Shown here piece by piece: positions 22,449 to 35,732 of a DNA stretch of 64,000 bases. The notes beneath the pieces are model-generated. The model was given only the letters and a program-made list of their open reading frames with translations, ran no database searches and was not told the DNA's origin. Position 1 is the first letter of the stretch. Each line of letters begins with the position of its first letter. Location: positions 1 to 64,000 of the forward strand of contig JAAILG010000224.1 in NCBI GenBank assembly GCA_012026655.1. The letters run 5' to 3'. The stretch comes from Hydrolagus affinis (Eukaryota). The translations under genes were made by a program, and so were the position numbers.

Positions 22449-24926
22449 CGTTTGTTGCCTCCTCCTAAAGAAACAAATTTTATTCTCTTTTCAGCATTTC
22501 TCACAGACAGGCCGAGTGTAAAGTGGGGTAACTTGCTGTGTGGAAATCGAAGATGAACCATTTTGTACACGTACCTGAAGCCCCAATCAGACCATCTTGT
22601 GGATGCATTTTTGTTAACTACAACAGCATCACCAAGTGGCTGAGCATCAGAAAGGCATTTTGCTGGAAAAATTTCTCTTACCTACAAACTGAATTTTTGA
22701 ATCTGTGATTTCCTGACTGATGATGAAATCCAACAGCTCGGGATTGAGAGATTTCATCGCTAAAGGCATATTTATTCCCCGATTTTTTTTAAAAATTGCT
22801 TCCCCCATTTTGTTTGGCATGGACTGAAGGACTCAGGCAATCCAAATGTATTGCTTTCCCTGCATCCAGACAAGGATTGTTTCTCTCGTCTTGTGCCTGT
22901 CAATCACCGTTCACATTTCTGTTTGCCCTGAGCGACTTGAGACAGCATAGAAATTGAGTGTGTTATCATTTCTCGCTTTTAATCAACTCTGAGGAGTCTT
23001 GTAACAAACAGACTGTGTGTTATGATGTTCCTATGGAGGGAGACATCAATATGTGAAAAAACTTATGCTTTTTTTCCCCCGTTACAAAAATGTGTCGTTC
23101 AGGCTTATTACAATGCAATTTTGATTCTCTACGCAATTCTGGACAAAATTATTTATGACAGAGGATTATCAAATACGGGCCCCATTCTATAATCGGTAAT
23201 TGTTTGTGCGATACTCATGAGTCTGTATTTGTGACTAAATAATGAAAAGCTCACACTCAGACAATAGAAATCCTAGTGTATCAGTCAGTGTCGGCTGTTG
23301 GTTGACGAATGGTGTGAAAGACAAAGATGTTGGAGCCTGAAATCACTGACAGAAAAAAGGCATATTGTTTTGAAGCTCCGGAGTATAGACCAAGCCTTTT
23401 TCTGTGGAGTCTCGGAATCAAATGTACAATTTGTCTGTCCAATATTGTTTTGTTATTTATACATTCAGTGATGCTGACTGATTTATCAAACCATATTGTT
23501 GATTCATAATTATAATAACAGGGAGCTTAAAATTTGCTTTATTGTAAAAATTGTAATAAATTGTCACCTCAAGTGCAAATTAATTTTTTTAAATAGTTTA
23601 ATTTTAATTTAATGCAATTTTTTTCATATCTACTTAGCTACCCGTGTGACAGGCTGCTAAATAATGCAAGTTATTGTTGCGTCATGACATCAATGCCAAT
23701 TGCAAAAATCATATTATAGAAATTATTATCAAAGTATTTATTTATAGAAATCTTTGCAATATTTATAAATGCAGAACAAATAAATCAATAATATTTCAAT
23801 CATAAAAAATGTTTGAACAATGAATGAACAATGCAAACAATGATTTTCAAAACACTTTCCCAAAAGTATTTTTTCATTCGTGGGCCTTTTTTCATTAAAT
23901 ACTGTTTAATAGTGTTTGAGTTTAAAGAATATTTCTTATATGAACAAGTTTGCATTGACCCATATGATATGGTTTGTGCAAAGCTCATACTGGTTCCAAG
24001 TTTTAATATTCAGAAATGTAACCTTAATGAGATAATTTCAATGCTACCCATTGTATAAAAGAGGCAACATTTCATTGCAAAAGCTCCAGTCAGAAGTAAT
24101 TAAGTGTGTGTGGGTGGTTGGTTGCTGCTCAGAAGTCAGCGAGAGATAATTACCATAATGAAAGTCAAAACATCTTGTCTTACTGATGGATGGATAGATT
24201 GATAGATGGATTGGCCTTCAATTAAATGATCCATTTCTTGGTGTGCTTTCCAAAAGACATATTAAGTCATAAAGTAATAGGAATAAATTACTGAATAAAC
24301 AGAAAAATCAAAGAAAATGTGTTGAAAAAAGAAACCAATGGGCTGTGAAAAGCACAGAAAGGAGAGAATATGTTAAGATCTATTTTGCGACATAAAAAGT
24401 ATGTTTGTTGTAGAGAATGTGTTAGTTCTATCTGTATAGACAGAGTGACACCTTTAGGTTCCCATCCATGTATTGCAGGCAAGAACGGCAATGGTCAAGG
24501 ACATAGCGCTTTCCAGAGCAAGAATTGTCAATAGTTTTCACCAGACAAGATTTCCAAGCAACCATGAAAGTGGATCATATTCTGATTAAAATGAATTGGC
24601 TGCCAGGGGGAAGGTACCTTGCCCCCAGGACATTTGCAGTTTTATCTTGGATTCTGCAGATTATTTTTCGAGCCAGCTGAAAGTAAAACACAGTGTCCTC
24701 TGCATGAACACATTCCATCAGAGCACTTTTAAAGGATCCAGACAATTTGGGCTTTTCTCTGGTGGTGTTTTTTCCGGTTATATTGCGTCTGAGCTGGGTG
24801 GAGGGGGGGTGTAACTATATTGTTTAAGGAATTGTTTTCTAATTAGATTCCGGAGCTAGGCTGGAAGGAGGTGGATCTTTTACAAAAATGCTTCACTGTG
24901 TTCCAAATAAAGTACAACTGCATTAT

Positions 24927-24965
24927 TTATATATATATATATATATATAGATATATATATTTATA
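24927..24965. repeat. (TA)n microsatellite
   Basis: Directly visible. Confidence 0.95.
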
Positions 24966-25043
24966 TGATGTGATCATAATAAATCTCAATAGATGAAGAT
25001 TTTATGGAAAATTTGCATTCCACACCATTTATTTTGAAGAGGC

Positions 25044-25345
25044 GTGATCAAACTGGAGAAGAGAAGGCTGAGAGGTGATTTGATTACGGTCTTTAGGAAT
25101 CTGAAGGGAATAGATAATGTAGACCATGGTAACCTATTTTATTGTGTAGTGAACAGTAGAACCAGAGGACACAGCATGCGATTGAAGAGGAGTATATTCA
25201 GAACAAATCTATGGAAGCACAACCCCAGTGAGCGAGTAGTAAACTTATGGAACAGGCTCCCCACAGAGACAGCGGAAGCAGAAAATATAGTATGTTTCAA
25301 GAACAAATTAGATAGATTTCTGCTGGATAATAATATCTTGACAAA
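25044..25345 (+). mobile_element. CR1 LINE ORF2 C-terminal fragment
   Basis: LEKRRLRGDLITVF...TRGHSMRL...SERVVNLWNRLP...FKNKLDRFL is the canonical CR1 ORF2 C-terminus. Confidence 0.95.
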
Positions 25346-25366
25346 TGCTTTTAACGAAAGGTTGAC

Positions 25367-25695
25367 AATAATAACAATCCTTGCAATTGGTATAGCGCCT
25401 GATCACATTTTCTAGACGACTCAAAGCGCTTCACAGAATATCCTGTAAAGTGAATTGTCTGTATATAGTATTTTAGGTGGAACTCAGCAGCCAATAGGCA
25501 CAGCAGTATCCCATAAACAGTCATGGATTGAAGTGACCAATTGATTATTTATTTATTAGTTTGGAAGGAATTATTACTAACAACCAAGTTCCTACTTACC
25601 GCTGGGTAAACAGAGGCCTGTGGAGTAAGGAAATTTGCCCAACGTTTTGCCCTGCCGGGAATCGAACTTGCAAGGTGAATGCTCTAACGACTGAT
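25367..25695 (-). mobile_element. Near full-length tRNA-derived Deu-domain SINE
   Basis: Reverse complement of tail, core and tRNA head (GGGAATCGAAC...GCTCTAACGACTGA). Confidence 0.85.
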
Positions 25696-27339
25696 AAAGC
25701 TAAAGGATATCTGCGATCTACACATTTAGTTGGGTTAGTATCCTAAATCACTTGTCAATTGCACTTGTTCAATTGCACGGGCTTCAGGAGAAGTGATTTC
25801 ATTGCAGTCTAATTCTTGGAGAGGATCTCCTGGATGCAAAAATGTTTCATTTCGACGTAGCTTTCATCTGTGTTGCTGAATTCAAAACTGTAAGATTTGT
25901 CACATGAAGGTTATTCAAATGCACTGAAATGCCTTTGATTCCTACACACGCTTAGAAATGGCTGCAACTGTACTCTTTAGATCAAAATCTAAACCGTTTC
26001 CAAAATAGAACAGATATTTAGCAAAGATTTGGAGAACATATGGTTGTTGAGGTGAGTTTTGGGGAATAGGGTGGTTTGAACAATTCAGAATGAGTAAATG
26101 ACAGATACTTGTAACAGTGTAATATAATGTCAATACACTTTAAAACATGAAAAAATAAAAGGAAATACTGATACAAGAAACCCAAAGAAAGTGCAGTATT
26201 TTCAAAATTCTAATCCAGCCTGAACAACATCAATAATTTTACATGGCGTCTTACACATTGGGCGGACGCCTCAAAGCATTTCACAGAGGCGACTGGGAGA
26301 GCCGAAGGAAAAGAGGGAGGAAAAGTAGCCATAAGCACCAGAGATGTGTTTTGACATTCATTTTAATTTGTATTTCTTTTATATTTACATGTCTAAACTT
26401 TCTTTTTGTTCTAAACAAAATTGTAGAAATATGCCTGTCGACACAGACAGTGATTGTTAGTCGACTTTTCTTACAAGTTACCCCAGACTGAAACTTGAAC
26501 CATAAGCCTTGTAATCTGGCTCGTATCCTTTCTGGTAAAAGAAATATTTGATTTTCCTGATACAGGACACAGGACACAAAATTGAAACACAAGAAAGCGA
26601 GACAATATACAAGGAGGAAATCTTTCAGCAGCTTCTAATCAAGGAGATTAAGGCAATACACATTAGATAAACTGTTAATACAATCTGTGGGGAAACAGCA
26701 AACCTCGGAATAGAGTAGAGTGTGAGATATACATCTTTTTATTGAAATTACTCTTTTATTTTCAACACTTGCAAATCTATTTATAAAAGCGCCCCACATC
26801 CATTCAGCCCTTTTCCAAAATTGAAACATCATCATGTATCAAAAATAATATGCTTCAAGTTTTGCATATGAATGTGTCCATTTTGCACTTGAATACGTTT
26901 TTCCCAAAGTAGCTATAGTCCTTTTAAGCAATCAATTAAAGGACATATTTGTATGCATCCTGTTGCCTTTGTTCCCAGGGCTATCAGCATATCCCAAACC
27001 CATTACTGTTGGTATGTCGATAAGAATAGAATTGCACAAAGATATGATTATATTAAAAAGATGAATATTCTGCTTCTGGACTTTTCCTAGTTTCTCAATA
27101 TATCACCAGTTGGACACTGATTTGAAACTCTGGTTATCAACCACATTTAGAAGGTCCTGCTGGATGGAAAGGCCTCCTTTCTAACCTTCCATCTCATGTG
27201 TATTATTTGTTTCGAATAGCTGGAACTAAATTACGTAACAGATGGTTGGATGTGCACAATGTTTTTTTAATTAGACAAGTGTTTGATAGATGTGCTGTTG
27301 AAGAAAGATTAGATAATTTTGTGCTCTTCACCTTTGAAA

Positions 27340-27665
27340 GTAGATTCCTCGGAGAGGGCCTTACATATAAGGTATAAAAATATTATGTGGGATAGAGGAA
27401 GTAAAGCAATTTTTTAAAGATTTGTCAAGGCAGCAAATCAAAGAAGTCATAGGTTCTGCTTCTTTACAAATAAGCAAATAAGTGATAAATAATTGGAATA
27501 TGGTCAAAGAGATCAGGACACTTTTTGCATTTATATGTCAAAATATATTCTTCCTCGCTTAAAAATTAAACAAACAGCTTGATGCAGTGATAGGAAGAAT
27601 GTAGAATTTGTATCTTGAAGGGATGAGATCAAATGACTCAAAAGACCTACTTCATCCAAAAACCT
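27340..27665 (+). mobile_element. Old CR1 3' fragment
   Basis: Degraded R.DLI.VYK...G.DR-like segment and a tail AAACAGCTTGATGC...GGATGAGATCAAATG. Confidence 0.5.
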
Positions 27666-27744
27666 GCTCTGTGATCACGGCTCACAATACAGTACTTCAC
27701 CAAAGTCAAAAAGAATAAACAAAGAAACAACTGAAGTTATGAAT

Positions 27745-27975
27745 AACTGATAGGTGATGCCAAGACTGACTTTTAAAAAGCGATAGTGGGAAGGGAATAA
27801 TGAGTGAGGGAAGGCGGTCCATGGTGTTGATTGAGATCCTGGAAACGAATTAAGAAACAGACCAATAACCATTGACTTCATCACAGTGAGGAGCTTCAAT
27901 CGTGGACCACAGATTGGTAAATGTTAGGAAAGGTTTGCTGACAGACTCTGTCAAAGGCTTTGGGCACATCCAACG
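27745..27975 (-). mobile_element. Decayed LINE reverse-transcriptase fragment
   Basis: Minus strand reads LDVPKAFDRV (RT LDxxKAFDxV motif), followed by a degraded W..FL..R region. Confidence 0.6.
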
Positions 27976-27980
27976 TCCAT

Positions 27981-28298
27981 AATAATAATAATCCTTGCAT
28001 TTGATATAGCGCTTTTCATGTCTTCTAGACATCTCAAAGCGCTTCACATAATATACTGCAAAGTGAATTGACTGTATATTTGTGGGCGAAACACGGAATA
28101 CAATTGCGCACAGCAGTGTCCCACAAACAGTCGTGGATTGAAATGACCAATTTTATTATTGTGTCTTTTTTGGAGGGATTATTATTCGGCGTGTAAAGTA
28201 AGGAAACTTGCCCAAGCTTTCGCCCTGACTTGCCTGGATTCGAACACAGGTCTCACGCTTGTAAGGCAAGTGCTCTAACCACTGAGCTACAGGAGTCC
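27981..28298 (-). mobile_element. Full-length tRNA-derived Deu-domain SINE
   Basis: Complete head (GGACTCCTGTAGCTCAGTGGTTAGAGC, GTTCGAATCC), core and (ATT)n tail; the best-preserved copy in the window. Confidence 0.95.
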
Positions 28299-31200
28299 AT
28301 CTCTTGACAACAGATTGAGATCCATGCCAAATAAATCACTAAAAGTGTTCAAGATTAGAATTCTACGGGTGGCTGTCCTGAAAACCCATTATGAACTAGG
28401 CAAAAGTAACAGATAAGGGAATGCTGAGGGACCCTGATGAGATCTCCTTACCTCACTGCCTAGCAACATTCATACAGTAAATTATTCTATAGGAAATTTT
28501 CAACATACAGTACATGTAAAAGTCCTTCAATAGTTAAGATAGCAGATATCTTTCTTTTCCTCGCCCTGAAAAGTCTTTCCTCTGGGTTCCTATTTTCTGC
28601 ATCTAGATGCTTATTTAGCTATTGAGCTTTCTTTTTTACATTAGTTCTGCCATTCAGTAGGTATAATCTCCAGCACATATCTTGCTTTGCCGTTTCAATT
28701 TGGATCTGATGACAAGAATACGAATCATAACTGGTATTATGATGACAAGACACAAGCCAGTCATCCAAGGCAGTTATTTTCATTTTGCTGTACGCTGTTT
28801 GGAAAGTATCTCATCATGTTGTTGTTAATGAGTAGAAAGTTTGAAATGTATCTTAAAATACAATTTGTTTTTCTGAATTTGCATAAATACCAGGTAATTT
28901 AGTACAGATATATGGCTCACTATGAAATCGTTTTTTTTTAATTTTCACAACAAATATAGATATATGTTGTATACATATATATACATTTTCCGTCTAGCTA
29001 TGTTACCATGGATCAATCAGTATAAATGGATATAAACCACAGGAATTTTAGCATATCTTTAGAATGTTGCTTTAAAAAAAGTGTTACTTTGTAGGATAGA
29101 TATGTACACATAGTGTACTCTGTGAAGTGCTTTGAGACATCTCGAAGACGTGACATCACGTATTGGAGGAGATTGTTTCAAAAAATGCAAGGATTATTAA
29201 AATGTTTATTTTTTGTGCTGAAATCATTCTAGACAATCTGTACGAAGCTAGGATATCATGATTGCAAGACATATTTCCTGCAGGACTCCTTTAGTTACAG
29301 TGTATGACTAAACAGCAAGTGCATCTGTTTTTTTGGAATAAAGCAGTTAGCACACCAAAGTGCTGGAGAAAAGTCTGCTTACACCTTTATTTAACAAGCA
29401 AGGCTTTGAACCCTCGAGAGGGAACAATGGCAGCATCTTGCTTGGTTAGCAAGTGCGTTTTTTAAACTATATATAACTTCATTTATGATCATTTGCCTGT
29501 GATGTGTGATGATTTTATCAGCCTGCAGGATGATCTGCAATATGTCAAGCTTTCAATGTGTCTTGAGTGTTTAGGTTTGAAGAAATCAATACATTATCTA
29601 ATCCAAAAAGTTAAAATCAGGGATGTCTAGTGCGAGATTACTTGACAAGTGAGACTTTGATTACTTGCGAGAAAAAGAGGTGATATATTTCCATGTCAAA
29701 ACACATGCAAATATATTTTTTAAAAGTCGATTCATTTCTTTTGCTTGATTATTTTAATCGCTTTATGATCATGTTGGGGTTAAAGGTTAAATTATTGTAA
29801 TGAATAGCTAACAAGTGTTTTTCGTATTTTTTTCACACCAAAAAATGTTTAAAGATGGCATTGAGTAACAATGGTGATTTAAGTTGCTGCACTCACTTGT
29901 ATTATAGCAACAGAACTGATTTTTGAAAATTAAGGTATTCACTTATTCCTTGGAATTAAATAAATTATTTTTGATTTTGAAAAATCTTTAATTGTATTGA
30001 CTTTGAAACTACATATTATATCAAATGCCAGGATTATTATTAATTTAACACTAAAACTATGCTATCAAAAACTAGGGAATATTAGTTGATGGTGAGGCAG
30101 AACGTTAAGCAGAAACAATCGAATGCAAATCACTCGCTATGAAATTCCAATTAAAATCATGAACAAGAATTTACATTTACGCCTTTCACCTCTCAAAGCG
30201 CTTAATTTCCATTGAATAATCATATTAAAAATGTGTTTCAGAGTCCCAATACTGAGTTTTGTGACAAGACATCTTATTGTATTAATACTTCGTAGATAAC
30301 TGATAATATGTGATCATTTTATATCCCAAAAACCTACTTTTCTCTGGACAAACGTTGACCCAGAATTGGTACACATGGGTGAGCCCGATCTTTCACAGAA
30401 CAGGCCCAGATTTTACGTGAACATAGATTTGAAGGTTTGCCATGAGAAAGAGGAGGAGCTCAGCAGTTAAAAGACTCTGGATATAATTACTACGAAAAAC
30501 AATTTGTAGGTACAGCAATAAATAAGCACAATTATACACGGTATATTCCCTGTTAAGCAGTGAAAGCTTTGTTTTATTATTATGAGTGCATTGTATATCT
30601 TTTCCTCATGAGTGAAATCAATAGAGTTTATCATAATTTTATGAATAGGAGAACCAATTCGTCTATGGAGCCTCTGGCAAATGGCCATTTCAAGCCAGTC
30701 TATTCCTTCCAGTGGCTTGTACAGCACACCAGGGTTCCTCTATTGACAGCATAACTGACATAAGCACATGAAGCACATGAATAAAACTGCATCATTATGC
30801 ACTTATGTCTTTGCACTCTTGACAGGTCATAAGAACATCAAAACCTCTTTTAGAAAGATTTACCAATAACACAACAGAGAATGTGGACAGCCTCCAGTGC
30901 ACAAAATAACCTTCAGCTGAAGGCAGACCAACCCGAGATGCTATCTTGGTGGGCTACTGATATTTTGCTAAATAGTAATTTAATACAAAGAGTTCAGACT
31001 GGCAGACCTCATTAACTGAAAAGTGCCTTTTCATATGAGTTCTGCCAATTAAACACTTGTTACTTCAGTGATGCCCAGTAGATCCCATGGGAACATGTAC
31101 ATGTCTCTCCTATTATATTTCACAGCAAGCGATGTCCCAGTTTTAAAACCATCATATTAGTGCTGCTTAGACTGGGAATCTGAGTGAAATGTTGTGCACG

Positions 31201-33384
31201 CATTCTCCATATGGAAGAGATACAGGAATCATTAACCTCTACCTGTACTATAGGATATAATAATAATATTTGTATTTGATGTAACACCTTGTCACGTCAT
31301 CAAAACATCTCAAAGAGCTTCATAGGATTTTACAGTGAAGTGTGATTCGGTATTTCAAGGTGAACACATACCTGTGACTGTCAAAGGATATTGTAGCACA
31401 TTAGTTTTCTATCCTAGGCACATGATTTAGAATAATAAGATTCCTACCCCTTCTTCCTCGTCCCCTGTGCCCTGCACACACACACGCACACACACATGCG
31501 TACATAAAGAGGATTGACGATAAGATCAAACATAATTCCAGGCTATCGGAAAGGCCTAGATCACATTCCTCAATATATTGTCAATCTGAATTCAGTCCCT
31601 TCCTTTTTGCTACATTATATAAAATTATCTAGAGTTTAAACTAATCGAGTCCCATGATCCAATAACTTCAATAATATTTTTTAAAAGCCCTTAAATATCT
31701 ATTGCAGCTCCAAAGGGAATCATAGGAGGAGAACTCGTAATGATTTGCACCATCACATGTGCACTGCAACAGGATGAAGCCAACTGCACTTGAAACAATC
31801 TTCCCCAATATGTGATTTCTTAAACCTAACCTACACTGGTGGTGAATACCTGACACAATTGCAGCAATTCACTGTAAACCATGCAATATTAACGTAGCGT
31901 TAGAACGTTATTTCCCAAAGGGTTGTCGGTGTTGCCATTGTCAGTTCCCTTTGCAGTCTTTCAGATTGCTGAAATTGCAGTAAATGAAAATGTTGCTGTA
32001 TCAGATATTGCGAACGGCAGTGTCTCTCGCCGACTCTGTTGATCAGAATGCTGCTGGGAGGCAAATGTGAGTGCCCAAGCATCAAGATAGGATGTCCAGC
32101 TGTGCCTGAATTAATGGTGCACATTGAAGCTGTTAAATATTATACAGACACCAGCCCTCAAATCTGAACGTAGCATTTTTGTTTTTAAGGCTTTTATTTG
32201 CAATGGGAGTTGTTAATTTTTTTTTCTCATTCATGAGAGTTAATGATGACAGTATTTAGGAATGGAATAATTTGGCACATTTTGAGCTCCATTGTGAGGA
32301 AAATTCCACCAGGGTTTAGATTGATTGTCCTAACATAACCTGTAACCACATGTGGAATTTGCCAAATTGTTGAATTCAGTCCCAACATAGAAGTTGTTTT
32401 TCTGTAGTTCTTTAAAAGAAACATGCAGAAACCTGACATCAAAATTAAGAGTGAATTTAAGAATCTGCCTAAATCTGGATGCTCTAACATGCTATATGTA
32501 TATACAGTATATATAAATAAAGCAAATCGAGATCCAGGTCAAACTTCTGCTTAAATGTATAGATCAGCATTTTAGATCACGTATACACTACTGTATTCCC
32601 AACTATATGTTTCAACCCCTGGAAAGCCCCCCCTGGTGTTTGTCACTTTCATTTAAACGGTAACTAGGACTTGAGTTCATAACGTAGGTGGATGTTAAGA
32701 ATCTGATGGCAGTATTTAGATGAGCAAGAAATTCTCTTAGGATCCTGACCGATATTACTTCCTCATCCAAATTAACCCACCAAAAATTGTTCGTTCGTCT
32801 GTTAGATTACTGACACAGATTTTCGTACAGTCTCTACACTTTGAAAATAATTCATTTTGTGAGATGCTTTGAGGCCTTTTAAGGCGATGAAGAATGATAT
32901 GAAAAACAGTATTATTAACAGTAAGATCTTTCCATTTTTCATACTTGCTATACTTGCTCACAGGGATGTTTCAAGCTTACTGTGGACTGTTTAGAAACTA
33001 GGCAAACTCCTTTCAAGGCAACTCCTCAGCCTGGCTGCTTCAAGACAAACTCTCAGATATGATAGCATTGGGAGTGAGTAAATGCTGGCTTCTCAGCTTG
33101 ACACTTGACTTGAAGATATTCTGATCCACCTAAACCACTGATAGATCAATTGATGTTTGCAACAGAATGTTGCTATTATACATTCTTAGTTGGTTTTCAT
33201 TTTTTTCTAGCAAAACTATACATTGACACACAGCTGGAGCTCTGTCCCACTGCAGATAGGAAAGTCTTTCTTCACTGCTGTGTAACGGCAGCTTCCAGCT
33301 GGTCCCGTCTTTATCAACATTTATCAACATCAAGAGAGGTATTCCTAGCCGCTCATGGGCCAAACAAGACACCATGACTCAAAC

Positions 33385-33657
33385 TCGTCTTGCAAGCGAG
33401 AGACCTGGGTTCAATTCCAGGGAGGGTGAAACCTTGGGCAAGTTTCCTTCCTCCACACACCTAATAATAAACGCTAAAAAAAAATTGGTCATTTCAATTC
33501 ACGACTGTTTGTGGGACACGGCTGTGCGTAATCAATCGGCTGCCGTGTTTCGCCCATAAATATACAGTCAATTCACTTTACAGTATATTCTGTGAAGCGC
33601 TTTGGGACATCGATAAGATGTGAAAAGCACTATATCAAATGCAAGGATTATTATTAT
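33385..33657 (+). mobile_element. SINE copy lacking the A box
   Basis: TTGCAAGCGAGAGACCTGGGTTCAATTCC through GGATTATTAT. Confidence 0.9.
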
Positions 33658-33798
33658 ATTATAGTTTATAGAAAATTTTGATTTGATGACAATACACAGA
33701 ACATAGCTAGCATTTGGAACAATTTGTTCCTAGAGGTGGAACGCCTTATGGGTAGTTTCAAAAGGCATTTGGATATATTTTTGATGGGGAAGGTACAG

Positions 33799-33799
<1 letters not shown>

Positions 33800-33842
<43 letters not shown>

Positions 33843-34125
33843 CCTTGCATTTGATGTAGGGCTTTTCTAGACATCTCAAAGTGCTTAAAACTTTTAATAA
33901 ACTGAAAGTGAATATACAGAATATACTGTAAAGTGAATTGACTGTATATTTGTGGGTGAAATGTGGCAGCCAATTGTGCACAGCAGTGTCACACAAACTG
34001 TCGTGGATTGAAATTACCAATTTTATAGGGGAGTTTTTGGGCGGATTATTATTAGGTGTGTGGAATAAAGAAACTTGCCCAAGGTTTCGCCCTGATCTGC
34101 CTGGATTCGAACACAGGTCTCACAC
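33800..34125 (-). mobile_element. SINE copy with expanded (ATT)n tail
   Basis: About 14 AAT units at 33800-33842, then the reverse-complement SINE body to GGATTCGAACACAGGTCTC. Confidence 0.9.
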
Positions 34126-34519
34126 TGCAAATAACACCTACAAACATACAGTCAATACACTTTGCACTGTATCCTATGAAGTGCTTTGAGACACAGTCTA
34201 GAAGTCGTGAAAAGCCACTATATCAACTGCCAAGGATTATTTTATGACTGCACTGATTATTATATAACTGCACTGATTTTTTTTCCACATCATTTGAATT
34301 TAAAAATCTTTTTATTTTCCCTCCCATTTTGTCTTCGCTAATCTACCCGTCCACAGTATCTTGATAATGTCACCCTCCCCAGGTCACTAACTCTGTGCTG
34401 TCTTCAGACGATAGCTTTATTCCAATTCCTTGGAGGGGCACCTCAGCCCCTGAATATCTCATGTCAGGGAGGCGAGGTTTGCGGTGGGAAATTCAGTGAG
34501 AGGACATCTGCTCCATTTC

Positions 34520-35085
34520 TCCATGCCCCACTCTTCCTTTTCCCTCACTCCCTTTCCCCACTTTCTCTTCTCCCCTTCTCTCCCTCTTGCCCCCTTTCTC
34601 CCTGATTTTGCCCCCCACCCACATTTCCCTCCCTCTCTCCTTTGCCCTCCCTTTTCCCCCCTCTTCATCCCTGACCTTGCTCTACACCACCTTTCCCTCC
34701 CTCTCCCCCCTTACTCTCTTTTCCCCCTTTCTCCCCAGGCCCCATTTCTGTGACTGTTGTGGGGCACTGCTGTGCACAATTTGGCTGCTGCATTTCGCCC
34801 ACAAATATACAGTCAATTTTCCTGCTCTCCTTCGCACTAGCCCGACCTCTCCCCTTGATATCTTTTCCCCCCATTTCTCTTAATCCCACTTCCATGACTG
34901 TTTGTGGGATGCTGCTGTGCGTAATTTGGCTGCCGAGTTTCACCCACAAATATACAGTCAATTTTCCTACTCTCCTTCATCTTGCCCTGACCCCTCCCCC
35001 ACAGCTGCTCTTGTGCCTACCTGACTGTACCGTGCCTTGGGACGACCTCCCGACGTGAAAGGCGCGATATAAATGTAAGTTTTGA
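34520..35085 (+). repeat. Polypyrimidine tract with two duplicated SINE Deu cores and an L2 tail
   Basis: CT-rich 34520-34745; GACTGTT..GGG..GCTGTGC..AATTTGGCTGC..CCCACAAATATACAGTCAATTTTCCT at about 34750-34825 and 34895-34970; L2 tail at 35020-35085. Confidence 0.75.
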
Positions 35086-35371
35086 TTGATTGAACGATCG
35101 ATCGGTCGGTCGGTCAATCTATTGATGGACCATGATGGATTTCCTTTGGTCCTACACATTACAAGGCTCAAAGGAAAATATAAAAATTGGACACTGGCCT
35201 GGTGAAGTGTAAAGTAAAGCTAGTCATGGTCAGCCATCACTAAAGCATAGTGTTTACACCAGTTACTAAAATATCATATTTCTCATCATGTTGTGCAGAC
35301 ATGGGATATAAGATTTTGAATTTAAAAGACTTAAGTGTCAGAAACTACAGAAAATATTGCTCTAAACAACT

Positions 35372-35732
35372 TGTGGATTGCTGTAGTTTAGTGGTTAGAG
35401 CATGCGCCTCACAAGCGAGAGGACCTCGGTTCGGCAAAACGTTAGGCAAGTTTCCTTATTCCACACATCTCTGTTTCCGTGCAGTAAGTAGGAACCCCAT
35501 TGTTAGTTGATTGGTGGATCACTTTTCAGGGGTAACAATCAAAACAAGCGAATTTAACAAAATTTAAACATTGGTCACTCAATTCAGGGTTGCTTGTGCA
35601 ATTGACTGCCAGGTTTCGCCCACAAAATATACAGTAAATTTATTTTATAGTATATTCTTGAAGCACTTTGAGGCATCTTGGAGCCATGGTAAGACACTAT
35701 ATCAAATGCAAGAATTAGTATTATTATTATTA
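35372..35732 (+). mobile_element. Older full-length SINE variant
   Basis: tRNA head TGTAGTTTAGTGGTTAGAGC, internal AGTAAGTAGGAACCCC segment (also in the 25367 copy) and (ATT)n tail. Confidence 0.8.

Noticed and set aside
33730-34020. ORFs with poly-Tyr/poly-Leu runs
   Set aside because: Translation of the (AAT)n SINE tail.
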